A stretch of DNA of 64,000 bases from the NCBI GenBank assembly GCA_025558095.1, contig JAIVFI010000019.1:1-64000 (forward strand). Direction: 5' to 3'. Below are positions 21,255 to 33,944 of this stretch, in pieces (position 1 is the first letter of the stretch; each line of letters begins with the position of its first letter). The notes below the pieces were generated by a model. The model saw only the letters and a list, made by a program, of their open reading frames with translations, did no database searches and had not been told where the DNA came from. The position numbers were made by a program, and so were the translations under genes. This stretch comes from Hyaloraphidium curvatum SAG 235-1. Lineage: Eukaryota > Fungi > Monoblepharomycota.

Positions 21255-24200
21255 TCTCGGAGGCGGTTCGGGTAGGAAGTCGGGGTTGCTGCGATTCGAT
21301 TCAAGCAAACGTCCCGAGTGTTTTGGACTTGGCGGTGCCGGTGCCTGGACTCTCCTCAGCCCCCTGCCGATCGCGGTGCGGCAAGCGACGTCACTTTCAC
21401 TCGCTCCCCGGGGCTCTACACGCCGCCGCCACGCACGGCCCTCACCCGCGAACGCGTCCCGCCCCACAGGCCGCAGCTAGCTCCCCCGGGCCTGCGTTAC
21501 CGCGGATGCCTGGGGGCTTCCAAGGAACGGACCCTAGGCACGCTGATTAAGCTCCTCACTCCGACCCTCTCCTCACGTGCTTCCCCGCCCAGCACCGCGG
21601 GCGCCGTCGTTCGGCCCCGTCGGCCCGCGCTCCACCCATCAATCACTTGCGCCCGCCACCGCCCGTGCCTCCGACGCCGCGGCCGACAGGCCCGCGTCCG
21701 CTTCCCCGCCCGCCCGGGGCCGGCCGACCGCCGGACCGCCCCCCCGATTCCCTGTCCGCGGCCGCCGGGACCGCGCCGCCGCCCGCGTCCGCGTCTCCAC
21801 AGCTCGCCGCGCCGTCCCCGACACCCCCCGCCGCCTCCCATCCATCGCCGCCCCGCCCCGAGGGATGCTTCGCCACACGCCTCCCATCGCCCGGATCCAG
21901 GCCCCGAACCTCCGTTGCAGCCGATCCACCCTGTCCTCCCTCCTTCCGCGCAGCAATCCGCCCCGTCGTTCCGTCGGTGATCGGCGCGATGTCCCGGGTG
22001 GCGCGCGGGAGGTCCGATCCGCCCGTCCCGCACGGCCGGCGGCCGGTGGCCGGTCCAGGGGGGCCTTGCGGCCCTGAGGCGGCGCGGGGAAGCGGACGGG
22101 GTCCTGGACTTCAAGATCGAGGCGGGATCGCGGCATCGGGCGGAACAGGGTGCGCGTGTCGGGGCAGGGTGGCAGAGGGGGAAGGAGGGGCGTCGGACCT
22201 TCTTGGTGCGTCGGAGGGATTCGGGATGCTGGTATTGCCCGCGCGGGGTCGGGGTCCTCGGCACGTACCTACGCGATCCGCGCGGAATCGAACGCCCGAT
22301 GCCGCGGCGGCGAAGCCCAAACTTCCCGCCGCGACCATCCCCGTGCGCTCCGTCTCGTGTCGATACTTGCCGTGCTGTTCTCCGTCCATACGCACCGGAT
22401 TTCCCTTTTTGGATGGCGATTCGGACTCGCGTCCGGGCTTCCCGTGAGACGGGAACCGTCGACCGCCTCGGAAGCCACGGGCCAGGTCATCGATCGAACA
22501 CCCGCACCCATCACTGCCCCTTAGCTCGCACCCTGCGCAAGACAGGAAGATGGCTACGAGGCGGCGGAGAGCTCCCGGTGTCGCCGGGAGTGATTCGCTG
22601 CCAGCGCGCCGCCGGCGCCCCGTCCTTACGCGACGGCGCACGAAGGATACGCCGCGCCGGCGGCGCCGCGGCTTCCGCCCCCGGTTCCGCGTGTTCGCGT
22701 GGGGGACGGAACTGTGCAGTGGACGCGGGAGGAAGACCGTGGGGGACCGAGCCGCCGCGGGTGCCGCTGCGACGCTCCGGACGCGTCCGAAGCGCAGCGT
22801 TACGTTTCCCGTTGGGGGAGCGGTCTACCTGTCACGACGATGGACAACCTTGTGTTCATGCAGGGCGCCGCACACGCATGGAATAGCTGTCCGCGTTTCG
22901 GACGCCGGGCGCGGGAGGAAGCACATGTGCAGGACAGGGCCGCCACGGGTTCGTCCGGTGGCGCTCCCGACCCGCATCGGGAGCACTCGGAAAGAGCCGC
23001 AGCGGCATCGGTCTACCTACCGCGCCCTGTGATCTCGCATGGCGCTGCATGGTCCATTCGAACGGAGGCGCGCGTCGGACGGCGAGACGCTGCCGATCGC
23101 TGTCGGTAGTTCTCTCCCAATCCGGCCCGCGCCGCCCTTTGGCCGCGCGCAAGCGACGAGGGCTTGGAACCTGCGCAAAGACATTTTGCGCTGCAACCGG
23201 GGGGGAAGCCAGACACAAGAGGAACCTCGGGGAGCACAAAGCCGGCGCGTGGACCACGCGCGCTCGCGACCGCCGGCATGCTGGACGGACCGACCGTTTC
23301 CACTCCGTTTGCAGATGTGGGAGCCGGCATTCCGCAGCGACGCTCTGGTCCCTTCTGTGTACGGGACTAGGGGTTTCGAGGGGATGCCGGCGCCTACGGG
23401 GGCCATCGAAAGGGCTGCTGTGCGGGGGGCGGGGGGGCCGGTGCTGCGGGACCGGTCCTCTCCGGGCGCGCATTAATCTCGCATTGGAAGTGGTCCTGGA
23501 TCCTCCCGGCCTTTGCCATGTATACAGTAAGTGCCCGACAGTCGGCTTTGGCCGGCGGAAGTGCTACCCTCGCTCCCGGTTCGTGCCGGGCGTGAGGCGT
23601 ATAGCCACTCTCCGCCGGCACGCCGGCCGCCGCAGGCAGCAAGTGACTGCTCCGCGGCATTAAAGGCACCGGCGCAGTATCCCCGGTAATGGACAGTGCG
23701 GACCCGGAAGCCGGGAATGTGGCATCCACAGGGCGAGTCGGCCGGATGTGCCCCAACGCACCGGACCCGTGGGGTCCGGTATGTCGGGCGCCACCGGGCC
23801 GGCATCTCCACGGGTAGTACGCGGGATGAGGGACCTCTCGAAGGGCATGTGGTAAAGCGGCCCTCCTCGATGCGGCGGCCGCAGCTCCGGGCCGCAAAGA
23901 GCGGGATCGAACAGTCCCCGCCCGCCGACAACCCGGTTACCGTCGCCCGCGAAAGCACAGGCCGGTCTGGGCCGGGGCGTCGGCGAGGCGGAACGCGATC
24001 GCATCGCCCGCACAGCCACGCCCTACCAAAACCCCTGCACCGCCCGCGGCCCGCCCGATCCCCTGTCGCGTCCGGCGCCGTTGCGGGTGGCCGCGGACGG
24101 CCGCCGCCGCCGGACCGAATTTCTTGGTCGCCATCCACGGAATTCCGACCGAGTACGAGCGGCCACCGGCGGACGGGATGTTTGCCATAGGGCTGCCCCC

Positions 24201-25022
24201 GCCACGATCCGATTGGACCGTGCTGAGCTCCCCCGACCTCAAACCAGCGCTCGCCCGGGGAATCCGATCGCGACCCGCGGAATATCTAAGGAAGATGCTG
24301 CGTCCCCAACCCCTGTCCGTCAGGGTTTGAGGGACGTCGGTCTGGGCCTGCCGAGGCGCGTTTTCTGAGGTATGGGGGACAGGGACATCCTCGTACGCGG
24401 CGAGCATCGGAAAGGCCGTGCTGGTCGATTTCAAACAACGCCGGCTCCGCAGCCGCTCGCCCACCTCGACGGCTTCCGCGATCACCATCGGGGACCCGCA
24501 AGGTGCATCCGGGTCTGCGGGTCGAATGCCGACCAGTCGGCCGCGTCCCCTCGCCGACAGGGGACGTGGCCGACAGGGCCGCGTCCTTCCTACTCACCCC
24601 GGGGAAGTGGTGGAGTGCGGCTGGCGGTGCATTTGCGGTGGCCGCAGGGGCCGCATCGTTGCTGCGGCGGCCTGGCCCGGCCGTTCAGGGCATTGCGTTC
24701 CCGAATGGCGACTTTGGGGGCGGCGGGGATCCGAGCGAAAATGCGATCGGACGCATTGGAGAGCGGAAGAAGGCCCGGGAGAGGTCGGTTGAGGTTGGCA
24801 TTGGGCTTGCTGATGCATGGTAGCCGCGGTGCTGGGCCATCTGGGCGGGACGATCGAGGCGGGCGGGGACCCTGAGCGGGGGACCTCGTCGGGCGGTCGG
24901 CCGAGCGGTCGGGATGAGCGACCCTGGCGGCCGATCAGCTCCGAAAACTATCGGCATTCGGGGACGACGCCAGTCGACATCGGACGAGAGCGGAACGCCG
25001 GCACACCTTTCAGTACCGAGAA

Positions 25023-25690
25023 ATGGCCTGCCTCTCCTGGTGAGCGCCGGCGGGCGGGCGGGTCGCGTCGCGCAATCTCTGACACCCCTCGCCGTCGACA
25101 GCAAGGCGCTGAAACGCAAGTGCGAGCGCGTCGACGGCGCCTCGGCGCCGTGCACGCGCTGCGCGCACCGCGGCCGCGAGTGCGTCGCCGACGGGCCCGC
25201 CCCGCGCGCGGCCCCGCGCTCGCCCGGCGGCCACAAGCACCGGCCCGCCCAGACGCCCTCCATCGTCTTCCCGCGCGTCGCCCAGCTGCCGGTGGCCGCG
25301 GCCGCGCCCGCCGGCCCGACCGTGCTGCTGCCCGTCGGCGTGGCCCCCGCCGCGCTGGCCCCGGCGACCCTCGCGCCCTCCTCCTTCTTCCTGGCCCCCG
25401 CGCCCGCCGATGCGCCGCAGCGCGCACCCGTCTTTGCCCTCGTCGACCTCCGCGCCCTCGGTCTTGCCGACTTCGACGCCTCACTCTTTGCTCTGCCCTC
25501 GCCCACCGCCTCCCCTCCGCCGTCGTCGACCGCCTCCCCCTCCCTCATCTCGGTCGGCTCCCCCGCGAGCGAGTGGGACGACCCCTTCTTCGGCTCGGCC
25601 GAGAGCGCCTCGGACGCGGACGAGTGGCTCGACTTTGGCGCCCGGCATTCCCTCGGCGCCGACGCCTCCCTCTTCGCGGGGCTGCGGTGA
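25023..25690 (+). CDS. Compact Zn(II)2Cys6 transcription factor (201 aa) with acidic C-terminal tail
   Basis: Intron 25040-25101 splits the cluster. The spliced sequence MACLSCKALKRKCERVDGASAPCTRCAHRGRECV has all six Cys; tail SEWDDPFF...DADEWLDF. An extra upstream exon cannot be excluded. Confidence 0.8.
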
Positions 25691-26399
25691 CGCTCCCCAC
25701 GGACCCCGGACACGTGATTGCCCGCCGGCGGGCAAAGGGACGCGATACTTTCTCTATCGCGGCCTCGTGAGGGAGGCCGCCTCTGTTGGATGGACGGTTG
25801 GACGGAACGGGTGCCCATGCGGGTCCCGGGCTCTAGAAATGGCATCCTCTGCGTGTATTGTTACAATCGGCCCCCGCGGGGGGTTTGGCCATCAGCTACT
25901 TGGAGGATAACTCGAGTCCGATCCGCCCGTTTCCCAACGCAGAACCTTTCGCAGCCGTTTCCGCGTTTCCGACGGTTTGGAAGGGTCCGATAGCGGGCGG
26001 GGCGGTGTTGGATGACGGCCGGACCCGCGCCCCCGCCCGCGCCGACGGCCGGTGCCGCTCAGGGTCCCCGATCGGTCCGCGATCGGCCGCTCTCGGGGCG
26101 GCTCGTCCGGCGCCGCAGCACAAACGAGGCGGCCGAGACCATCTGGAAGAGAGGAAGAGGAGCAGGGCCTGCATAGGCCGCATGCCAGGCGGCTGCCGGC
26201 GCGATCGTCCCCGATCCCCCGTTTCCCCGTGCACAGGTTCGTACGGAAGCGGCGAACCGGCCGTGCGGCAAAGCGGCCCGCTTGTGGCCCAGATGCGCAA
26301 CGCCGCCGATGGCCGGCTCCGTCGTCCCGCCCATGCCGCAGCGAAGGACCAGGCCCGCTCACGGGCACCGGCGGCGGCCCTCCCCCACAGCTCCGTCAT

Positions 26400-26830
26400 C
26401 AGGGCAACAATACCTGGCCAGCTGCGCGCCTCGAGTGTGCCAAGCGCTGCTCGGCCTTTACTGCGCCGCAGCTCTTTGGATTGCGGCCGTAGCTGGTTCC
26501 CTTCACTTCGGGCGGGTCCACCGTGGAATCTCGGACCCGGAACCCGGGCAACGGGCGATGAAGGAGCATTGCACTGGTGCCGGTCCGTGTGCCAGATGGT
26601 AACAGTAGCTAGTCACCTGATGGAAGATTTGCGCGCGCGAAAACCAGGCTACTGTAGTCCGCTGTGCCGCAGGGGTCTCCCTCAGCCCGGCGGACCAGGC
26701 TTGTCCATCGCGGCAGCAGCCGATGAGGGACGAATCGAAATACGTGACAATACGCTGTGTTGTCTTTTCCTGGTATCGGATTCGACTACGGCCACGTGCA
26801 GCACGGGGGGATCGACGGCCAGCTGGACAC
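26400..26830 (+). pseudogene. Possible decayed fragment related to the Zn2Cys6 factor at 14329-16257
   Basis: Short pieces in different frames, in collinear order, resemble that protein: VCQALLGLYC vs TMQALCLAYC, SPADQAC vs SPADQAC, ESKYVTIRCVVFSWYRIR vs EGAYLTSLVIFAAQYRLA. Confidence 0.3.
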
Positions 26831-27030
26831 AACAGCGCTGCACCGTCGGTGGTCGTCCCCCTCCCAGCTCCGGCAAGTGACGAGCAATCGTTGCAAGGTC
26901 GGGGAGCTGATCGGATCTGCATCTTTTTGGCAAATCGAGCGAGCATTCTGGGATAGAATGGTCCCCGTACGTCCAACTGTTGCCCAGGTCGATCACCCTT
27001 CTGGAGGCCCGACCCCGGCGTTGGGCCGCC

Positions 27031-28616
27031 ATGGCGTCCTCGCTCCCGAAACCCGCCTCGCTGACAGAGCACGAGTGGCTGGCCCTTTTCCCGCGGCCGG
27101 CGGCGGGAGGAACGGGTCCAGCGTGGGCCGGGACGCCGCCGGACCCGGCAGCCGCCCTGAGGATTTCCGACCCGCTGACCGCCTCGGCGCTCCTCGCCGA
27201 GCTCCCGCCGGCGCTGCGCCTTCTGACGCGTGCCCAGCTGGCCGTGTGGCCGCTCGGGAGGCTCGCCGGCGTGCTGCAGTGGCTGTACAACCTCGCGACC
27301 ATCGGTGTCCTGGCATCGGTCTGGCCGCTGAACGACGGGCGGTTCGGGAACGCGCAGATCGCCGCCGGATTCGGCGCAGCCCTCGCGGGCAATCGCCATG
27401 TTCTTTGTGGTGCCCCTCCTGGGCTCGACACAGGGTGCATTTACCGGCACGGTCGAAAGCGCGGGCGGGAACGACATGGGGGGACACTATCTCGCCGGGT
27501 TCGCCCGGTGGAAGCAGCTGCTACGGACCCGGGGCACCGTTGTGGGACCTGACTCCGAGACGGGAAAGGGCGACGGGGCAGCAGCTTCTCCGCTCGTGGC
27601 CCACGTCGACAAGGACCCGCTGTGCCCCTGCGACCGCGCGTCGTGCGCCGGCGGTATCGCCCGAAGAGCAGGCATCCAGCAGGTGGTGAAGCTGGCCGCG
27701 ACTTTCCTGGTGTGGTTCTCGTGGTTCGTCCTCCTCCGGTGGACCCCGTTCGTCACTTTCGCGGAAGGCTTCTGGACGACCTGGTGGTCGGCATTGCTCG
27801 GCGCTCTCTGCGGTGAGCTATTGAGCAACGACATGGGAACCTCAATTGACGTATCTCGCTCGTCATCGCACTACGCGTACCCCAGTGCTCACTCTCCTTT
27901 TCAATTTCGGTCCCAAGGCCATCAGCACCATGTCGACATGTTCCGCTCTCCTCGGCCTCCCCCGGCGCCTGGGCATGCGCGCCGCCAACATCGCATTCAC
28001 CTCCTTCTTCGAACGCTTTGGCCTCGCCCTCGAGGGCGCCGTCCCCGAAGCCGACCTCCCGTCGCTGCTCGCCGGCCGGGAGCTCTACGTGGACCTGCAC
28101 CACCAAACCGCCGCCGCGCTCCCCTGGGGCATCGGCGTGCCGATAGTCGGCGGTCCCCTCGCCTTCCTCTCCCTGGCAGGCTTCGCCCTCTGGGCCACCG
28201 CCAACGTCGCCGCGGGCTCGTGCATCCCGCTCGCCTACATCGTCTTCCTCCTCTGGGCCGCGTGCTTCTTCCTCGTGGACCTGTCGCTGACCGCGGTGCA
28301 CAACCGCTCCATCGACGACCTGGCGGGGTCGTACCGCGACGCGCGGCAGCGCATCAGGCTGATGCTCGCCTCGGCCGCGCTGCGGAGACCGCCGCCCCCG
28401 GCCGAGATCGTGGATGCCCTGCGCGCCCACGACGCCGTGCTAGAATCGTTCCTGGGCTTGGAGAGATACCGCGCGGGGCTGTTTGGGTTCCCGGTATCGT
28501 TCGCGCTGCTAAGGACGCTGGTGGTGACCGCGGCCACGGTGGTCGTGGGGCTGTGGGGCATCCTCAGGGGCCTGGGGGTGTTCGTGACGGTCGAGACGTA
28601 CTGCCCGAACCGATGA
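27031..28616 (+). CDS. 7-TM gustatory-receptor/DUF3537-like family, copy 2; carries a +1 frameshift (recent pseudogene or sequence error)
   Basis: Removing one G at 27387-27389 joins ...AALA to [11 protein letters not shown]. Intron 27813-27885; ends ...[50 protein letters not shown]. Confidence 0.72.
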
Positions 28617-28687
28617 TCCGCGCTTCCGCAATAGACGTCTGTGACAGCTCGTCTTTTTCTGATAGAGCGACATACAGCGCCCACTGC

Positions 28688-31411
28688 CTACAGCTTCGCC
28701 TGGCTCTGCAGGATCCCGCCCAGCTTGGTCGCCATCATCAGGTTGCCCTTGACCTTGAGCTTCCCGCTCATAAACATGCTCTGGGCGTTGGCCTTGCCCG
28801 TCACTAGGCCCACCATGTCGTCGTCCGAGAGCACGAGCGTGACGTCGGCCTTGCCCGGCGCCGGGCCCATGCCGACGGCGCCGAGACCGTTCTTGAGGTC
28901 GATGTGGTACGTGGCCTTTTCCTTGGCCGCGTTGGTCACGTCGAACTGGAAGATGCCCTTGACCTTTGCCACGCGCTTCTTGCGCTCGTCCTCGCTGCCG
29001 GACTCGAGGCCTATCCATCCACCGATCAGCAAATGGTCCAGAGCAAGCACCAAGTAGTAGCTCACCCTTCTTGATGCCCTCGAACAGCTTGGCGCTCTTG
29101 AACTGCCCGCCCTGCGCCGCCCCCGCGACCGCCGGCTTCGCCTGCCCGGCCGCCGCCTGCGCCTGCGCGTGGGCAAATGCCCGCATCGACGACTCCTGCA
29201 GCGTCGACGGGTACAGCGCGCCGTCCCAGTTGGTGATGTCCGCGAACCGCGCGCGGATGTCCTCGGGGGTGAGCTTGCGGTCCCGCGGGAAGCCGACGCC
29301 CTTGGTCTGCTCCCAGCGGAGGCTCGAGACCCAGCCAGCGCCGACCTCGAAGATGCCCTTCGTGACCTTGCAGTCCTCCGACCCGAGGAACACGACGAGG
29401 GGAGCGACGTAGTCGGGCTTCAAAGCCTCGACGGCCTCGGGGGGCATGACCGTCGCGGTCAGGCGGGTGCCGGCGTTGGGGGCAATGGTGTTGCAGAGGA
29501 TGTTAGCCTTGGCGCCCTCGATGGCGATCGAGTTGGAGAAGCCGACAGTGCCGAGCTTGGCGGCTGAAAGCGGCCGTCAGCTCCCACAGAAGAGAAGATG
29601 GGCAGACCAACCCACCAGAGTAATTGGCCTGGCCGAAGTTGCCGTAGAGACCGACCGCCGACGCCGTGTTGATGATGCGGCCGTACTGTGGGAGGGCAGC
29701 CTTGAAATCAGCTCCGTGTACCAGATTTACTGGCGGTCGTCCTCCCACCTTCTGGTTCTGCATGTGCGGCCACGCGGCCTTGGTCACCTTGTAGATGCCG
29801 CGGAGGTGGACCTTGTGGATCAAGTCCCAGTCCTGGTCGGTCATGCGCTGGAACGACTTGTCGCGCAGGATGCCGGCGTTGTTCACGACCACGTCGATGC
29901 GGCCAAAGGCCTTGATCGCCGTGTCCACGAGCTTGTCGCCGTCCTCGACCGAGTCGTAGTTCGCGACGGCCTGGCCGCCGAGGGCCTTGATCTCCTCGAC
30001 GACCTTGTCGGCGGGGTGGGTGCCCTTCTCCTTCTCGTCCTCGCCGAAGCGGCCGCCGCCGAGGTCGTTGACTAGAGGTGGGTGTGAGCCTCGATCACTA
30101 GCCTTCTGCTAGGAAGAGCTCACCAACAACCTTGGCACCAGCCTTGGCAAACGCAAGGGCGTAGGCGCGCCCAAGTCCGTTACCAGCACCAGTAACCAGA
30201 ACGACGCGGTCCTTGAGCGACACGGCGGCCTCACGGCCGGGCTTGTTGGCCGGCAAGGCCGCGGCGGCCTTGAGGTTGCCGAACCAGTCCACCTCCGAGA
30301 TCAGGCGCGGGTGCTCGGCGTTCTTGTAGTCCATAATCTGGCCGATCTTGTCGCGCACGTCGGCAGCCACGAAGCCGGCGTCGGTCTTGAAGATCACGCC
30401 CTTGCTCCGCTCCCAGCGGTCCTCGGCGACCCAGCCCGCGCCGGCCTCAAACAGGCGACCCGACACCTTGGAGTCGAGCTCTTTCGACGAAAGGAAGGCA
30501 ACAAGGGGAACAATGAAGTCGGGGCTCAGGAGTTTGAGGGCCTCGGCGGGGGTGACCGTCTCCGTGAGGCGGGAAGCGGCCAGCGGGGCAATGGTGTTGG
30601 CGAGGATGTTGTTCTTCGCGCCTTCACGGGCGAGGGTGAGGGTAAAGCCGTGGAGGGCGAGCTTGGCAGCTAAATGGAGGGGAAATGAGTGAGCCAGAAG
30701 TTGGCGGACGAGAACTGGAGGAACACGAACCCGAGTAGTTGACCTGGCCGAAGTTGCCATAGATGCCGGCGGCCGAGGCAGTGTTAATGATCCGGCCGTA
30801 CTTCTGGGCCTGCATGATGGGCCAGGCAGCCTGTCGAGAGCGGCATTGCCAGAGAGATCAGGATCCGGAATTTATCCAGCTCTCGCCTCGCCCGACCTTT
30901 GTGACCTTGTACGACCCCCTCACGTGGACCTTGTGGATCAGGTCCCAGTCCTCGTCCGTCATACGCTGGAACGACTTGTCCCTGAGAATGCCGGCGTTGT
31001 TCACGAGCACGTCGACTCGTCCGTAGGCCTTCATGGCCGTCTCGACGATCTTGTCTCCGTCCTCCACCGAGTCGTAGTTGGGCACGGCCTTGCCGCCGGC
31101 CTTGATGATCTCCTCCACCACGGCATCGGCGGCACGGGTTGAAGCGCCCTGGCCGGAGAACGACCCGCCGAGGTCGTTCACAACAACGTTCTGCAGAGGT
31201 CCGGGGCACGACCGAATGTCAACCAGAGCACTTGAGAGCCTCCGATGAGCGACGCACCGCGCCCCTGCTGGCGAAGAAGAGCGCATAGGCCTTCCCCAAC
31301 CCTCCGCCAGAACCTGTGACGATGACCGTCTGCAGGGCACGTTAGCCCCGGAGGGGACAAGGAAGGACGGCAGAAACGCGCCTGGCCAGCAAATGAAATC
31401 TCGCTGGACAT
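28688..31411 (-). CDS. FOX2: Peroxisomal FOX2/MFE-2-like protein, copy A: SDR-SDR-SCP2, no hydratase domain, PTS1 -AKL
   Basis: Eight introns (the first, 31330-31381, is GC-AG). Two SDR domains ([34 protein letters not shown], YGNFGQxNYSAAK), then SCP2 ([10 protein letters not shown]...[25 protein letters not shown]); ends QAKL. Confidence 0.9.
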
Positions 31412-31653
31412 GTCTCCGCCTCGCCTCTGACGATTCGTGGGGGAGTGAGGGGGCCGGAACTCCGGAGAATCGTCGGTCGCCCGAGGGAGCTTCGGCACGT
31501 GATTTGCCGATTTCCCCCTCCCGGACCTTTCGCACTTGGAGAAATAGCTCTATAGAACCTGGATAAAGCGTTCTAAACCACAACACTCCACTCAGAGGCT
31601 ATAGATGCCCCCGGCGGGCATGGTACCCGCAACCTGCCTCCCGATCCTCCCGC

Positions 31654-33944
31654 TCAGATCTTCGAGCCGGCAATGGGGCCGGATCCGGCGTTCGCGAACG
31701 CCCTGAGGGACGAATCGCGGAGCTGGGTCGGGTAGAGGGCGCCGTCCCAGCTGGTGATGTCCGCAAAGCGCGCGCGGATCGCCTCCGGGGTGAGCTTCTG
31801 GTCGCGGGGGAAGCCGACGCCCTTGGTCTGCTGCCAGCGGAGGCTCGAAACCCAGCCAGCGCCGACCTCGAAGATGCCCTTCGTGACCTTGCAGTCCTCC
31901 GACCCGAGGAACACAACGAGAGGGGCGACGTAGTCGGGCTTCAGGGCCTCGACGGCCTCGGGGGGCATGACCGTCGCGGTCAGGCGGGTGCCGGCGTTGG
32001 GGGCAATGGTGTTGCAGAGGATGTTGCTCTTGGCGCCCTCGATAGCGATCGCGTTGGAGAAGCCAACCGTGCCGAGCTTGGCGGCTGTTTCGGAGAGAAT
32101 TTCTGTCAATGAGGGGGGGCAAGAGAGGCAGTTCAACCCACCAGAGTAGTTGGCCTGGCCGAAGTTGCCGTAGAGACCGACCGCCGACGCCGTGTTGATG
32201 ATGCGGCCGTACTGTGGGAGGGCAGCCTTGAAATCAGCTCCGTGGACCAGATTTACTGGCGGTCGTCCCACCTTCTGGTTCTGCATGTGCGGCCACGCGG
32301 CCTTCGTCACCTTGTAGATGCCGCGGAGGTGGACCTTGTGGATCAAGTCCCAGTCCTGGTCGGTCATGCGCTGGAACGACTTGTCGCGGAGGATGCCGGC
32401 GTTGTTGACGACCACGTCGATCCGGCCAAAGGCCTTGATAGCCGTGTCCACGAGCTTGTCGCCGTCCTCGACCGAGTCGTAGTTGGCGACGGCCTGGCCG
32501 CCGAGGGCCTTGATCTCCTCGACGACCTTGTCGGCGGGGTGGGTGCCCTTCTCCTTCTCGTCCTCGCCGAAGCGGCCGCCGCCGAGGTCGTTGACTGGAA
32601 ATCAAAGTGAGCGACGATCACAAGCAACCTCCTCAGCGAGACTCACCGACGACCTTGGCACCGGCCTTGGCGAAAGCAAGGGCGTAGGCGCGCCCAAGTC
32701 CGTTGCCAGCACCAGTGACCAGCACAACGCGGTCCTTGAGCGACACGGCGGCCTCACGGCCGGGCTTGTTGGCGGGGAGCGAGGCGGCGGTCTTCAGGCT
32801 GCCGAACCAGTCGACCTCGGAGATCAGGCGGGGGTGGTCGGCGTTGGCGTAGTTCATGATCTCGCCAATCTTGTCGCGCACGTCGGCCGCGACGAAGCCA
32901 GCGTCAGTCTTGAAGACCACGCCCTTGCTGCGCTCCCAGCGGTCCTCGCAGACCCAGCCGGCGCCGGCCTCGAAGAGGCGGCCCGAGACCTTGGCGTCAA
33001 GGTCCTTGGAGGAAAGGAAGGCAACGACGGGGACGATGAAGTCGGGGCTGAGGAGCTTGAGGGCCTCGGCGGGGGTGACGGTCTCGGTCATGCGCGAGGC
33101 GGCGAGGGGGGCGATGGTGTTGGCGAAGATGTTGTTCTTGGCGCCCTCGCGAGCAAGGGTAAGGGTGAAGCCGTGGAGGGCGAGCTTGGCGGCTGTCGAG
33201 CGGGCAAGAGATGAGCAAGTGGGTTTCGACAGGGTGAACTGGGGCGGACGAACCGGAGTAGTTGACCTGGCCGAAGTTGCCGTAGATTCCAGCAGCCGAC
33301 GCGGTGTTGATGATGCGTCCGTACTTCTGGGCCTGCATGATGGGCCAGGCAGCCTAAGAGACCAGGAAAGCACGGTGGATCAGAGGACGAAAGCTGATCC
33401 GGTCGAGTCGACCCACCTTGGTGACCTTGTAGGTGCCCCGGACGTGGACCTTGTGGATCAGGTCCCAGTCCTCGTCCGTCATACGCTGGAACGACTTGTC
33501 GCGGAGAATGCCGGCATTGTTGATGAGCACGTCGACGCGGCCGAAGGCCTTCATCGCGGTCGCGACGATCTTGTCGCCGTCCTCGACGGAGTCGTAGTTG
33601 GCGACGGCCTTGCCGCCGGCCTTGGTAATCTCCTCAACGACAACATCGGCAGCCTTGGTCGAGGAACCCTGGCCCGAGAAAGACCCGCCGAGGTCGTTGA
33701 CGACGACGTTCTGCCGGGAACGGTCAGAGGAGCCCTCGGGTGCCAACAACCCGGACTCACGGCACCGCGGCTCGCAAAGAAGAGCGAATACGCCTTACCC
33801 AATCCTCCGCCAGCGCCAGTAACGATCACAGTCTTAAAGGAAGCGTTCCCGAAAGAAGTTCGCGAAGGATCGAGTTAGGCGTCGCCATTGCGGGGAGCGG
33901 CCCCGACCGGAACGCACCTGGCCCGCGAACGAGATTTCCGACAT
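31654..33944 (-). CDS. FOX2: Peroxisomal FOX2-like protein, copy B: SDR-SDR only, PTS1-like -SKI
   Basis: Seven introns at the same positions as copy A. Starts MSEISFAGQ; two SDR domains; stops after ...[15 protein letters not shown]. Confidence 0.9.

Noticed and set aside
26660-26700. VPQGSP as a LINE reverse-transcriptase motif
   Set aside because: No YADD or other RT motifs nearby; the adjacent sequence fits a decayed transcription-factor paralogue better.
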